Positions 16,427 through 26,793 are shown, numbered from the stretch's first letter. The stretch: DNA of 33,885 nucleotides from an uncultured Ruminococcus sp. (GCA_964588425.1 CAZPPN010000002.1:1-33885), one strand, 5' to 3'. Notes: generated by a model not told the origin, from the sequence alone. Numbers and translations: made by a program.

Positions 16427-17803
16427 TTATTTCTCGCCGCTGAGACGCTTGCCCATGATTGCGACATATGCAGCGATTCCTATGATCAGAATGAACTGAA
16501 CCATGTTGAGGTATTGGTAATTTGTGAAGAGCAGACCGAAAAGTGTGAAATCAGCGCCGTATGTGGCATTCATGAATATTGTTCCGCAGACAGTTCCGAG
16601 GAATGAAGCTATGGTCGAACACAATGAGTAAAAACTGAGATATGCTGTTCTGTTTGTCTCAGGCATATTCATGTAAGTTATTGTGGAGAACATGATGTTG
16701 ATGCAGGGATTGAACAGATAGCAGATCAGAAGTACCACAATATACATCCACTCGGTTGATGATGTTACAAGGAAGTTTCCTACATAGGCAAACGAATATC
16801 CCGCTATCGCGATTGCAAGCATATTGTACCACTTGTGGCGTCTGAGAAGCTGAGCCCATACGGGTGTCATGATGATAATAATGGGTGTGCTGACAATGCC
16901 GCTGAGCGAGAGGTATGTATATGACATATCAACTATGTCAAGGAGATAGATCTCGAAATATTTTCCGATAAGGGCGCAGGCAAATGTCCAGATGATCTGA
17001 ATCGAGATTGTCATCATGAACATTTTGTTGCCGGCAGGGGAGAGGAGAAGACGCAGACCGCGGTTGTTTTTTGCATTTGTGTCGGATTCGTACGGATATT
17101 CCTTGATCTTTGAAAATGAGAACAGTTCAAGAGCCGCGCCTGCCATTGCGATTAAGCGGAGAATCAGAAGCGCGGTCACAGTAGGCGAAATGCTTCCGAC
17201 AGATACACTGTGCAGATCCATTGTGTCAACGAAACGTGCGGCTACGAATGCGGATACGAGATTGAGAATTGTTCCGCCGAGATTGGAGATCGTGAAATAG
17301 TTGGATCTTTTCTCCTCGGGAAGACTCTGCATATGCCATATTGAGTATCCCGGAGCGCAGAGAGCAGAAATGGAATTCACAAGAATAATTGTGATAAGCA
17401 TCGCGGCGAACAGATATATTTTGTCTGCCGGGATGATCGGAATAAGCCCGATTGCCGCAATATTGAGAAAATGATATACGAAGCGCATTATCATCAGGAA
17501 TGTCTTGCGTTTTTTCATTCTTTCGAGAAGAAGAGGCGCAACAAACTGAAGAAATCCGCAGAGCGTGGTTGCCATGTTGATGTAGCTGATGTAAATGTCG
17601 TCAGCACCCATAGCGAGCAGAAGTCCTGTGAAGTAGTTTCCGGTTATGAGACAGTTTACGAAAGTTGTCATATAACCGCCGATGAGCATTCCGCGCCGAC
17701 CGGTTACTCTCCCGTCATCGTTGTCGCGCAGTACTTCCGTAACAATTGAAAAAAAGTCGGATATCCGATGTTTTAAGGTAAAGGAAGGCGTACTTCTTCG
17801 CAT
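16427..17803 (-). CDS. MFS-type transporter (about 12 hydrophobic segments), substrate unknown
   Basis: The ORF-track start 17851 is a TTG. The ATG at 17803 has GGGGGA 5-6 nt upstream (458 aa). There is a basic loop LLLERMKKRKTF after TM2, as in MFS motif A. Divergent from the PTS operon. Confidence 0.75.
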   Translation of the reverse strand: MRRSTPSFTLKHRISDFFSIVTEVLRDNDDGRVTGRRGMLIGGYMTTFVNCLITGNYFTGLLLAMGADDIYISYINMATTLCGFLQFVAPLLLERMKKRKTFLMIMRFVYHFLNIAAIGLIPIIPADKIYLFAAMLITIILVNSISALCAPGYSIWHMQSLPEEKRSNYFTISNLGGTILNLVSAFVAARFVDTMDLHSVSVGSISPTVTALLILRLIAMAGAALELFSFSKIKEYPYESDTNAKNNRGLRLLLSPAGNKMFMMTISIQIIWTFACALIGKYFEIYLLDIVDMSYTYLSLSGIVSTPIIIIMTPVWAQLLRRHKWYNMLAIAIAGYSFAYVGNFLVTSSTEWMYIVVLLICYLFNPCINIMFSTITYMNMPETNRTAYLSFYSLCSTIASFLGTVCGTIFMNATYGADFTLFGLLFTNYQYLNMVQFILIIGIAAYVAIMGKRLSGEK

Positions 17804-17911
17804 ATTTTTCCCCCGTAAGATGTCATATTTCCGCCTATATTTTACATCCAAATTCAGACTGTGTCAAGATGTGATAATTGACATAAATATCTGAGGCCGT
17901 ATTTACAGTTA

Positions 17912-17925
17912 TGTAATTTGTTACA
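17912..17925. promoter_or_regulatory. Palindromic candidate operator TGTAA-N4-TTACA in the MFS/PTS divergent region
   Basis: TGTAATTTGTTACA at 17912-17925, downstream of a TTGACA box (17878-17883). It has a LacI/GalR-like half-site shape but lacks the central CG of a cre site. Confidence 0.35.
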
Positions 17926-18036
17926 CATACGGAATTTTCTTTTTTGAAATAAGACGAATAATATCATCCGAAAAAGCGCATAACTGTATTGTCTGAAAAG
18001 TTTTCTGAAAAATCTCCGCATTGCAGAGAGAAAGGT

Positions 18037-19620
18037 ATGGTCAAAATTATGATGCAGAAAATCCAGCGGTTCGGGGGCGCGATGTTCACTCCTGTCTTGC
18101 TGTTCGCTTTCGCCGGAATCACGGTCGGTATCTCAAGCCTCTTTATGAATCAGGATATCATGGGATCGCTTGCTTCAGCCGACAGTATGTGGTATAAGGT
18201 GTGGAATGTAATTCAGGAGGGCGGATGGACGGTGTTCCGTCAGATACCGCTGATCTTTGTGGTCGGTCTGCCGATCGGACTGGCAAAAAAACAGAACGCG
18301 CGCGCCTGCCTCGAAGCTCTCGTGATCTACCTTACTTTCAATTATTTCCTCAGCTCGATTCTGTCATTGTGGGGAGATGCTTTCGGAGTTGACTTCTCAC
18401 TTCCGGCAGGCGGAGGAAGCGGACTTGCGGATATCGCAGGCATCAAAACACTCGATATGGGTATCATCGGCGCGATAATCGTCTCGTCCGTCACCGTTTA
18501 TCTGCATAACAGATTCTTCGATACCCCTCTTCCGGAATTCCTCGGTATCTTCAAAGGCTCGACTTTTGTGTATATACTCGGCTTCTTCGCAATGATACCT
18601 CTCTCAATCATCGCCGCGTTTGTCTGGCCCAAAGTTCAGCTCGCAATCGTATCACTCCAGTCGTTCCTTGCGTCCTCGGGCGTCATCGGCGTCGGTATCT
18701 ATTCGTTCCTCAACAGAATCCTCATCCCCACAGGTCTGCATCATTTTATCAATACCCCGTTCGTTTACGATAATGTCGTCGTCGACGGAGGTATAGCTTC
18801 GTACTGGATGCTCCATCTCAACGAATTCGCGTCAAGTACAACTCCGCTGATCGAATTGTTCCCGCAGGGCGGATTCGCACTCTACGGTATGACTAAACTG
18901 TTCGGATCGGTCGGTATCGCTCTTGCATTCTATAAAACAGCACGGCGCGAAAAAAAGAAAACCGTTGCAGGACTCCTTATCCCGACAACATTGACATCAA
19001 TCGTCGCAGGTGTCACAGAACCGCTTGAGTTCACTTTCCTGTTCGTGGCACCGTCGCTGTTCGTCGTCCATTCCGTCCTGTCAGCACTTCTGGATGTAAC
19101 ACTGTATCTCCTCGGCGTCACAGGATACTTCACCGGAGGCGCGATCGAGTTTGCCGCAATGAACTGGATTCCACTGTGGAATAATCATTCGTCAACGTAT
19201 ATCGTCCAGTTCGCAGTCGGTATAGCGTTCACGGTGATATACTTCTTCGTGTTCACATTCCTCATAAAACGCTTCGACTTCAAAACTCCAGGACGTGAGA
19301 TAGAGGGCGAGGAAACAAAACTATACTCAAAAGCGGATTATAAGGAAAAACAAGCGGCTGAAAAAGGCGGAGAACAGGGCGGCGCAGCTCAAATGGCATC
19401 AGATTTTCTCGACGCTCTCGGAGGACGTGAAAATATCTCCGAAGTCACAAACTGCGCCACAAGACTCCGTGTCAGCGTGAAGGATGAATCTCTCGTGCAG
19501 GACGCATCAGTATTCAAAACCGCCGGAGCCCACGGAGCCGTCATAAAAGGAAAAAGCATCCAGGTCATAGTAGGTCTGAACGTCCCCACAGTACGAGAAG
19601 AATTTGAAAAACTGCTGTAA
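18037..19620 (+). CDS. PTS EIICB component, glucose/maltose (alpha-glucoside) family
   Basis: EIIC core with the GVTEPLEFTFLFVAP motif. C-terminal EIIB with the phospho-Cys motif NCATRLRV. The ORF-track start 17989 is TTG; ATG 18037 or 18049 (MMQKIQRFGG...) is more likely. Confidence 0.9.
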   Translation: MVKIMMQKIQRFGGAMFTPVLLFAFAGITVGISSLFMNQDIMGSLASADSMWYKVWNVIQEGGWTVFRQIPLIFVVGLPIGLAKKQNARACLEALVIYLTFNYFLSSILSLWGDAFGVDFSLPAGGGSGLADIAGIKTLDMGIIGAIIVSSVTVYLHNRFFDTPLPEFLGIFKGSTFVYILGFFAMIPLSIIAAFVWPKVQLAIVSLQSFLASSGVIGVGIYSFLNRILIPTGLHHFINTPFVYDNVVVDGGIASYWMLHLNEFASSTTPLIELFPQGGFALYGMTKLFGSVGIALAFYKTARREKKKTVAGLLIPTTLTSIVAGVTEPLEFTFLFVAPSLFVVHSVLSALLDVTLYLLGVTGYFTGGAIEFAAMNWIPLWNNHSSTYIVQFAVGIAFTVIYFFVFTFLIKRFDFKTPGREIEGEETKLYSKADYKEKQAAEKGGEQGGAAQMASDFLDALGGRENISEVTNCATRLRVSVKDESLVQDASVFKTAGAHGAVIKGKSIQVIVGLNVPTVREEFEKLL

Positions 19621-19643
19621 ATTATAGTATAGATCAAACTTAA

Positions 19644-21212
<1,569 letters not shown>

Positions 21213-21267
21213 CCGGATAACGCAAGATACGCTATATATAATATAAAATGTAGGAAAGAGAGCGCAG

Positions 21268-21792
21268 GTGATCTGTGTGGGAATTTTCGGCAAACTGAAA
21301 AAATCATCCGAAAAAACTGAATCAAAAGACTCGGCGGATTCGGAAATCATAATACTCTCGCCGGCTGACGGGACTTTCGTACCCATGAAGAAGATCGCGG
21401 ATGACGTGTTTTCTGAAGGGATACTCGGTTTCTGCTGCGGTATCGAGCCGGTCTCGGGTGAAATATTCTCGCCGGTCGACGGAGTTGTGACTCAAGTCAG
21501 CGATACAAACCATGCAATCGGGATCGAATCGGACACAGTGGAGATACTTCTGCATATCGGAATAGATACGGTTGAAATGAACGGCGACGGATTCGAGGTC
21601 ATGGTGTCGACCGGGGATAACGTCAGACGCGGAGACCGTATAATGAAAGCGGATGTCGGCAGGATCCGTGATGCAGGACACCCGGCAACAGTCGTGACAG
21701 TTATCACAAACAGCAGCAAGTTTGACAGTATAGCACCGACCGAGAGCGAAAAGCTGAACGCAGGAGATGTGCTGCTCAGGATTTGCAAGTAA
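21268..21792 (+). CDS. crr: PTS EIIA component, glucose family (Crr-like)
   Basis: Active-site region TNHAIGIESDTVEILLHIGIDTVEMNGDGF with both conserved His. GTG start at 21268 after AGGAAAGAGAG. The in-frame GTG at 21277 would give a Crr-like N-terminus MGIFGKLKK. Confidence 0.88.
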   Translation: MICVGIFGKLKKSSEKTESKDSADSEIIILSPADGTFVPMKKIADDVFSEGILGFCCGIEPVSGEIFSPVDGVVTQVSDTNHAIGIESDTVEILLHIGIDTVEMNGDGFEVMVSTGDNVRRGDRIMKADVGRIRDAGHPATVVTVITNSSKFDSIAPTESEKLNAGDVLLRICK

Positions 21793-21808
21793 AACAGAGG
21801 GGGAGCGT

Positions 21809-23479
21809 ATGATCATTATTCAGGGAAAAGGTGTGTCGGGAGGTATCGCACGCGGTCGGCTGTCGTTTTACCGTCGTTTTACCGGCGATATCCCCCGTGA
21901 AGACGGAGAGGGTACGGAGCGTGAAAAAGCAAGATTTGCCGCCGCACAGGAGATATCCGTCACACAGCTTGAAAAACTCGCTGAAAAATGCCGCAGAGAA
22001 ATCGGCGAGAACGAAGCGCTCCTCTTTGAAACCCATGCAATGCTTGCCCGTGACGATGACTTTGTTTCAGGTGTTCACGAAGCAATCGAGCTTGACGGGT
22101 GCCGCGCGGAATATGCAGTCCACCTCGCAGGAGAGCGTTTTGCCGAAATTTTTGCCGCAATGGACGACGGATATATGAACGAACGTGCGGCTGATGTGCG
22201 GGATGTCACAAGACGGATCATCGAAAACCTCAGCGCAGAACCTGAATCACCGTACAGCGCAGATGCCGCGGATTCCGGAGACGGCGTCATAATAGCTGCC
22301 GATGACCTCGCACCGTCGGAAACCGTTCAGTTTGATAAATCAAAAATCCTCGGATTTGTCACACGGTACGGTTCGGTAAGCAGCCATACGGCAATCCTCG
22401 CAAGAACAATGGGTATTCCTGCCGTGTGCGGTACGGGAGACTGTTTGAAAGATGAGTATGACGGACACTTTGTCTACATCGACGGCGAGTGCGGTCAGAT
22501 AACCCTCGATCCCGATGAAAATGAGCTTGCGGCGCTTGAAAGCAAATACGAAAAACAGCGCGAGAATGATGAACACCTGCGTTCCATGATCGGGCTGGAA
22601 GACGTAACCCTCGACGGACGGCGGATGAAGATATACTGCAATATCGGATCGACTGATGACCTGCCTGCCGTGAGAGCAAATGACGGACAGGGAATCGGCC
22701 TGTTCAGATCGGAATTTCTCTACCTCGCCGCTGATGATTACCCGAGCGAAGAGGAACAGTTTGAAGCATATAAAACCGCCGCCGCAATGATGAACGGAAA
22801 ACGTGTGATTATACGAACCCTCGATATAGGCGCTGATAAGCAGGCGGAATACTTTCATTTAAATAAGGAAGAAAATCCCGCTATGGGTATGCGCGCCGTG
22901 AGAATCTGCCTCAACAGACCGGATGTGTTCCGTACCCAGCTCAGAGCATTGTACCGCGCATCGGCTTACGGAAAGGTCGCGATCATGTTTCCGATGATTA
23001 CATCCGTGTGGGAAGTCAAAGAGTGCAGACGTGCCTGCGTGAGCGTGATGCAGGAGCTGAGGGAAGAGGGTGTGCCGTTCGATCTGGATGTCGAGATCGG
23101 GATAATGATCGAAACACCGGCATCTGTGCTGATCGCGGAAGAGCTTGCCGAACTCGTTGATTTCTTCTCGGTGGGAACAAATGACCTGACCCAGTATACA
23201 CTCGCGTGCGACAGACAGACGGGGGACCTCGGGAAGTTCTTTGATCCGTATCACCCGGCAGTGCTGAGAGCGTTGAAAATGGCAGCCGACGCCGCACATA
23301 AGAAAGGGATCTGGATCGGTATATGCGGTGAATTGGGCGCGGACCTGACATTGCTGCCGACGTTTCTCGCGATCGGGATAGATGAGCTGAGCGTGCCACC
23401 GTCGGCTGTACTTCCGCTCAGAGCCGCACTCAGAAGCAGTATCGCCAAAACGTGCGAACTGGATCTGCTGGAAACATGA
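21809..23479 (+). CDS. ptsI: Phosphoenolpyruvate-protein phosphotransferase (PTS Enzyme I)
   Basis: ATG 21809 after AGAGGGGGAG; the ORF-track start 21767 overlaps the EIIA gene. Phospho-His region GSVSSHTAILARTMGIPAV. PEP-binding domain motifs FRSEFLY, SVGTNDLTQYTLA and ICGELGAD. Confidence 0.93.
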   Translation: MIIIQGKGVSGGIARGRLSFYRRFTGDIPREDGEGTEREKARFAAAQEISVTQLEKLAEKCRREIGENEALLFETHAMLARDDDFVSGVHEAIELDGCRAEYAVHLAGERFAEIFAAMDDGYMNERAADVRDVTRRIIENLSAEPESPYSADAADSGDGVIIAADDLAPSETVQFDKSKILGFVTRYGSVSSHTAILARTMGIPAVCGTGDCLKDEYDGHFVYIDGECGQITLDPDENELAALESKYEKQRENDEHLRSMIGLEDVTLDGRRMKIYCNIGSTDDLPAVRANDGQGIGLFRSEFLYLAADDYPSEEEQFEAYKTAAAMMNGKRVIIRTLDIGADKQAEYFHLNKEENPAMGMRAVRICLNRPDVFRTQLRALYRASAYGKVAIMFPMITSVWEVKECRRACVSVMQELREEGVPFDLDVEIGIMIETPASVLIAEELAELVDFFSVGTNDLTQYTLACDRQTGDLGKFFDPYHPAVLRALKMAADAAHKKGIWIGICGELGADLTLLPTFLAIGIDELSVPPSAVLPLRAALRSSIAKTCELDLLET

Positions 23480-23547
23480 AACTTAAGCCAAACTAACGCC
23501 AACAAAAAAGTTTTGATAAAACTTTTTCAAAAGTTTGTAGGGATCGA

Positions 23548-23681
23548 AGGGACAAAGTCCCTCGTGGGTTCTTAGGGCAACGCCCTGAGTCGAGATCCGC
23601 AGATCTCGAAACACCCAAGACGTCGTGGGAGTTCCTCTTTTTTGCTTCTTTTTTCCTCCTCGATAAAGGAGAAAAAAGAAG
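23548..23681 (+). other. Array of five consecutive short stem-loops (possible structured RNA or intergenic repeat element)
   Basis: AGGGAC-AAA-GTCCCT (23548-23562). AGGGC-AAC-GCCCT (23574-23586). CGAGATC-CGCA-GATCTCG (23591-23608). CCCA-N8-TGGG (23614-23629). A 14-bp polypyrimidine/polypurine stem with one bulge, CTTCTTTTTTCCTCC / GGAGAAAAAAGAAG (23645-23681). Confidence 0.5.
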
Positions 23682-23705
23682 AGACTAACGCTCTGAATAC
23701 ACCCC

Positions 23706-23755
23706 AAAAAGGCTGATGCATCAAGTGAATCGCTCCCACAATGCGTCAGCCTTTT
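23706..23755. terminator. Bidirectional rho-independent terminator between ptsI and the convergent HTH gene
   Basis: 11-bp stem GGCTGATGCAT (23711-23721) / ATGCGTCAGCC (23741-23751) with one G-U pair, flanked by AAAAA (23706-23710) and TTTT (23752-23755). Confidence 0.75.
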
Positions 23756-23768
23756 GCGTTATTCGGTT

Positions 23769-24371
23769 TTACGGCTCAAACAGCTTGAACGCCGCGGACG
23801 ACATCACATAAATATCATCGTCCGATTTCACCTTGCCGCGGGATGATACGATGTGCCCGTCATCAAGTCCCGTGATCACAAGGGGCTTGCCGCTGATCAG
23901 AACAATTCCGCGCTCGCCTTTTTCGGCAAAGTTCGGCTTTGTGATCACGGCTGTCTCAATCGCCGGTGCTAAGTGCGAGACGGGATAGATCTGCTTCCAG
24001 ATAATGTCTGCACCGCAGTTGATCTCCGTCCGCTTTCCGGCTTTTTTCAGCGTCTTCTTGATCACATATACCTGCCCGTTGTATTCGAGACGGTACGTTT
24101 CGCATTGTTCGTCCTCACCGATCTTTTCCGCATATCTCTCAAAACATTCCGCAAACGTCAGACAGATCTCACCGTCACGCACTTCCATGATTCCGTCGAG
24201 TCCGCATCCGAGAACTTCGCACAGTCTCAGCAGGGTCTCTGTTGTTACAGTCTCATTTTTTGACAGCTTCGCAATCGTCCGCGATGATAATCCTGCCAGC
24301 TCACCAAGCTCGGTCTTGCCGATTCCTTTGTCGATCAGCGTTTTCCACAGATTGTCGTATGATATGTACAT
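23769..24371 (-). CDS. XRE-type HTH DNA-binding protein with a ~135-aa C-terminal domain of unknown function
   Basis: ATG 24371 with AGGAGG upstream (200 aa); the ORF-track start 24500 is an upstream extension. N-terminus MYISYDNLWKTLIDKGIGKTELGELAGLSSRTIAKLSKNETVTTETLLRLCEVLGCGLDGIMEV. Confidence 0.8.
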   Translation of the reverse strand: MYISYDNLWKTLIDKGIGKTELGELAGLSSRTIAKLSKNETVTTETLLRLCEVLGCGLDGIMEVRDGEICLTFAECFERYAEKIGEDEQCETYRLEYNGQVYVIKKTLKKAGKRTEINCGADIIWKQIYPVSHLAPAIETAVITKPNFAEKGERGIVLISGKPLVITGLDDGHIVSSRGKVKSDDDIYVMSSAAFKLFEP

Positions 24372-24402
24372 CTCCGTACCTCCTTTCGGTTTGTTCGGTT
24401 TT

Positions 24403-24431
24403 ATTATATCATATATTTGCGAAAACGTCAA
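24403..24431 (-). promoter_or_regulatory. Sigma-A promoter of the 200-aa HTH gene
   Basis: On the minus strand: TTGACG (24431-24426), 17-nt spacer, TATAAT (24408-24403). The inverted repeat ATTTACT-N2-AGTAAAT (24437-24452) abuts the -35. Confidence 0.65.
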
Positions 24432-24550
24432 TAAAAATTTACTAAAGTAAATAATAAATCTCCAAAACGACGGAGTGTGAGCAAAAAAACAGGGGGACAT
24501 TCGTTTGAATATCTCCCGTTATTTTATTGATAAGCCGATTCCTGCTATTC

Positions 24551-25423
24551 TCAGTCCTTAATCACAGCAGATGCGAGATCGGCAATGGCTTCTTCGGAGA
24601 GAGGTGTGAACGGTTCGCGGCAGTCGCCGTATTCGATTCCGTTGAGGCGGAGCAGCATCTTCGATGACGGCATTACTCCGTGGCGGAGGATCTTTTCGAT
24701 TACTGCGTTCGCCTTTCTCTGCGCGTCAAATGCACCGGCAATGTCACCTGCGCGGAACTTATTGTAGATCGCGAGGATTCTCTCGGGTTGGAAGTTATAT
24801 GTTGTTCCGATACCGCCGTCAGCTCCTGCCGCAAGACCGGAGAGAAGCATTTCGTCCGATCCGTTGTAGAACACCTTTTCGGGGAAGTAGGAGTGGATTC
24901 TCTCAAGCTGGAAGAAATCGGATGATGTGAACTTCATGCCTGCGATGTTGTCGAGAGAGAGGATCTCGCAGAGCTGATCTGTATTAAGGGAAGAGCCTGT
25001 GAGCGCAGGGATGTTGTAGATGATTACGGGAAGCGATGTTTCTTCGGCAAGGCGCTTGTAGTAATTCTTCACTTCCTTGAAGCTGTACTTGTAGTAGAGC
25101 GGTGTTACGGAAGAGAGCGCGTGTGCTCCGCATTTTTCAGCGTGGCGTGCAAGCTCGAGTGTGCTCTTGGTCGATGTTGTTCCGACGTGCGCGATGATCG
25201 AGATACGGTCACCGACGGATTCGACTACTGTTTCCATGAGCTGTTTTCTTTCGTCCTCGGTCATGAGAACCATCTCACCGCTCGAGCCGCCGACGTAAAG
25301 TCCGTGCACGCCGCAGTCAGCGAGATGCTTTGTGAACGATGCGATCTTCTCATTGTCGATGCCGTCGTCCGTGAACGCTGTGAGAAGCGCGGGGATGATG
25401 CCTTTCAGATTTTCGTATGCCAT
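24551..25423 (-). CDS. nanA: N-acetylneuraminate lyase-like enzyme (DHDPS/NAL family)
   Basis: ATG 25423 (MAYENLKG..., 290 aa) with an AGGAAA RBS. Motifs GLYVGGSSGE, VTPLYYKYSF, IYNIPALTG and Schiff-base Lys context IAGMKFTSSDFFQLERI, then GADGGIGTTYN. From memory, the pattern matches clostridial NanA better than DapA. Confidence 0.75.
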   Translation of the reverse strand: MAYENLKGIIPALLTAFTDDGIDNEKIASFTKHLADCGVHGLYVGGSSGEMVLMTEDERKQLMETVVESVGDRISIIAHVGTTSTKSTLELARHAEKCGAHALSSVTPLYYKYSFKEVKNYYKRLAEETSLPVIIYNIPALTGSSLNTDQLCEILSLDNIAGMKFTSSDFFQLERIHSYFPEKVFYNGSDEMLLSGLAAGADGGIGTTYNFQPERILAIYNKFRAGDIAGAFDAQRKANAVIEKILRHGVMPSSKMLLRLNGIEYGDCREPFTPLSEEAIADLASAVIKD

Positions 25424-25470
25424 AGCTTTTTCCTGCCTTTTGTAAGTATTTTTCAATTGAATGTAAGTAT

Positions 25471-25499
25471 ATTATAAGTCTGAAAAACGGCTTTGTCAA
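25471..25499 (-). promoter_or_regulatory. Consensus sigma-A promoter of the nanA-like gene
   Basis: On the minus strand: TTGACA (25499-25494), 17-nt spacer, TATAAT (25476-25471). Both hexamers are perfect. Confidence 0.75.
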
Positions 25500-25532
25500 T
25501 ACGCATTTTCCAAAAAGTCCCCACGGTGCGGA

Positions 25533-26621
25533 TCAGAATGATTTCATGAACTCGATGAACTCCTCGTCTTCGCGGAGGAAGTCGTATCGGCTGTCGTTTT
25601 CGAGATCACGGCGTATCAGTCCGGCATTCGTTTCGGTGTAGTTTTTGGTGCTTTTTGATGCATCGGATGTCGCCCGGTTTACGAAAATGCTTGTGTAGTT
25701 CTTTTCTTCGGGTTCAAGGTTGTCGAACGCATCCGCATGGAACTTGGCAAGCCTCAGATTTTCAAGTGTTTCATCCCTGTGTCCGAGTTCGGCGTGTCTT
25801 ATTGCGAGATTGTGATAAATAGAGGAAATCCGGCAGTGGAAGAACAGGTAATTTCCGTCGTAGATCAGCGTGCTCCACAGCTTCAGCGCAGTTTCGAGAG
25901 CGAAAATTCTCTCTTCCGGTGTGCTGCCGAGCCATTGAATATTCATTACAAGTGAGTCCATAAATTGAAGATTGTTGTGGTGCTTCTGTTTTGCGGCTTT
26001 TTTCATTCCTTCTTCCGTAAAGTAAGCATGTTCAAGAAGCATCTCACGGCTTGTGATCATATTGCCTGCCATCATCGCATATTTTTCGGATTTTTCTTCG
26101 TCTGCAATGGGAAGATTTTTGTTTGAATAAGTAAAAGTGAGTGTTTGTATAGAACCTTCTCGGATATCGTTGTCCGTGCAGTCGGAAAGAATCCGTTCGC
26201 AGATTCCAACCATTTCTTCTGCGTTTTTTGCAACTTCTTCATCAGGATAACCAATGTGTAACGTTAAGAAAAGCGCGTGTGCAAGTTCGCTGAGACAATT
26301 GAAATTTTTAGGATATTTCTTTGAAAACTCGCGCCAGAGTTCAAGATTTTCCCTGACCATGCCTTTGTTTTGGAATTTCAGGGATTTTTCCTGATACTCA
26401 TTCACTTCCGCATCCTCGTGCGCCTGATCGCGGTCGAACAGCTCGTCTGTCGTTACACCGAAGAAGTTTGCAATCGGCACGATCAGCGTTACATCCGGCA
26501 GAGCGATGTTGTTCTCCCATTTCGATACCGACTGAAACGATATTCCGAGGTATTCCGCTAATTTTTCCTGCGTGATGTTGTCTTTTTGTCTGAGTTTTTT
26601 TATCTTTTCACCGATAGTCAT
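25533..26621 (-). CDS. XRE-family HTH regulator with a ~290-aa helical-repeat (TPR-like) C-terminal domain
   Basis: N-terminus MTIGEKIKKLRQKDNITQEKLAEYLGISFQSVSKWENNIALPDVTLIVPIANFFGVTTDELF. All-helical C-terminus. Clear paralog of 28521-29648; shared motifs G(S/A)IQTL, DG(N/D)..F(F/Y)HC and (R/A)YDF(L/I)R(E/D)D. Confidence 0.85.
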   Translation of the reverse strand: MTIGEKIKKLRQKDNITQEKLAEYLGISFQSVSKWENNIALPDVTLIVPIANFFGVTTDELFDRDQAHEDAEVNEYQEKSLKFQNKGMVRENLELWREFSKKYPKNFNCLSELAHALFLTLHIGYPDEEVAKNAEEMVGICERILSDCTDNDIREGSIQTLTFTYSNKNLPIADEEKSEKYAMMAGNMITSREMLLEHAYFTEEGMKKAAKQKHHNNLQFMDSLVMNIQWLGSTPEERIFALETALKLWSTLIYDGNYLFFHCRISSIYHNLAIRHAELGHRDETLENLRLAKFHADAFDNLEPEEKNYTSIFVNRATSDASKSTKNYTETNAGLIRRDLENDSRYDFLREDEEFIEFMKSF

Positions 26622-26674
26622 AGGTTTACCGTCCTTTCGTTATGTTAAATCCGTCGTCCTGCAGCTGCAAGTAT

Positions 26675-26703
26675 ATTATAGCAGGTTTTACGCTGTACTA
26701 CAA
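26675..26703 (-). promoter_or_regulatory. Promoter of the HTH/TPR-like regulator 25533-26621
   Basis: On the minus strand: TTGTAG (26703-26698), 17-nt spacer, TATAAT (26680-26675). The perfect 10-bp palindrome TGCAGCTGCA (26660-26669) begins 5 nt downstream of the -10. Confidence 0.6.
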
Positions 26704-26758
26704 TAACCGCTTGTACGAGAATCATTCGCCCGTGAAGCGAAAAACAAGGCAATACCGC

Positions 26759-26793
26759 AAAAAAAGATGCCGCCGCGCTGTGCGATGACATCT
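26759..26793 (-). terminator. Probable terminator after the ClC gene
   Basis: Imperfect GC-rich hairpin (AGATG...CATCT with an inner CGC/GCG) at 26765-26793. On the minus strand it is followed by a 7-nt U-tract (plus-strand A-run 26759-26765). Confidence 0.5.

Noticed and set aside
17852-18036. A BglG/LicT-type RAT antiterminator or T-box leader upstream of the PTS or Opp operons.
   Set aside because: There is no RAT-like imperfect palindrome overlapping a terminator, no specifier or T-box sequence, and no antiterminator protein gene in the window.
21248-21253. An ATG-TAG mini-ORF just upstream of the EIIA gene as a possible recoding-related leader.
   Set aside because: It is a two-codon coincidence that overlaps the EIIA RBS region. 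It has no RBS of its own and nothing supports translation.
23540-23640. A possible tRNA, in particular an amber-suppressor tRNA-CUA that could explain the GH95 TAG codons. I also examined the other intergenic regions: 4281-4613, 7632-8156, 14498-14663, 16209-16426, 19621-19883, 29649-29852 and 33475-33654.
   Set aside because: I could not build a cloverleaf anywhere. The hairpins here have 3-4-nt loops instead of 7-nt anticodon or T loops. There is no GTTCGAATC-like T-loop and no acceptor-stem pairing. No CTA lies in a 7-nt loop flanked by a 5-bp stem. If a suppressor exists, it is outside this window.
25457-25532. A small secreted pro-peptide gene downstream of either HTH/TPR-like regulator, as would be expected for RRNPP quorum-sensing pairs (also 28434-28520).
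   Set aside because: The downstream gaps are 76 and 87 bp and are fully occupied by promoters of the next genes. No ATG/GTG-initiated ORF with an RBS and a hydrophobic leader fits.
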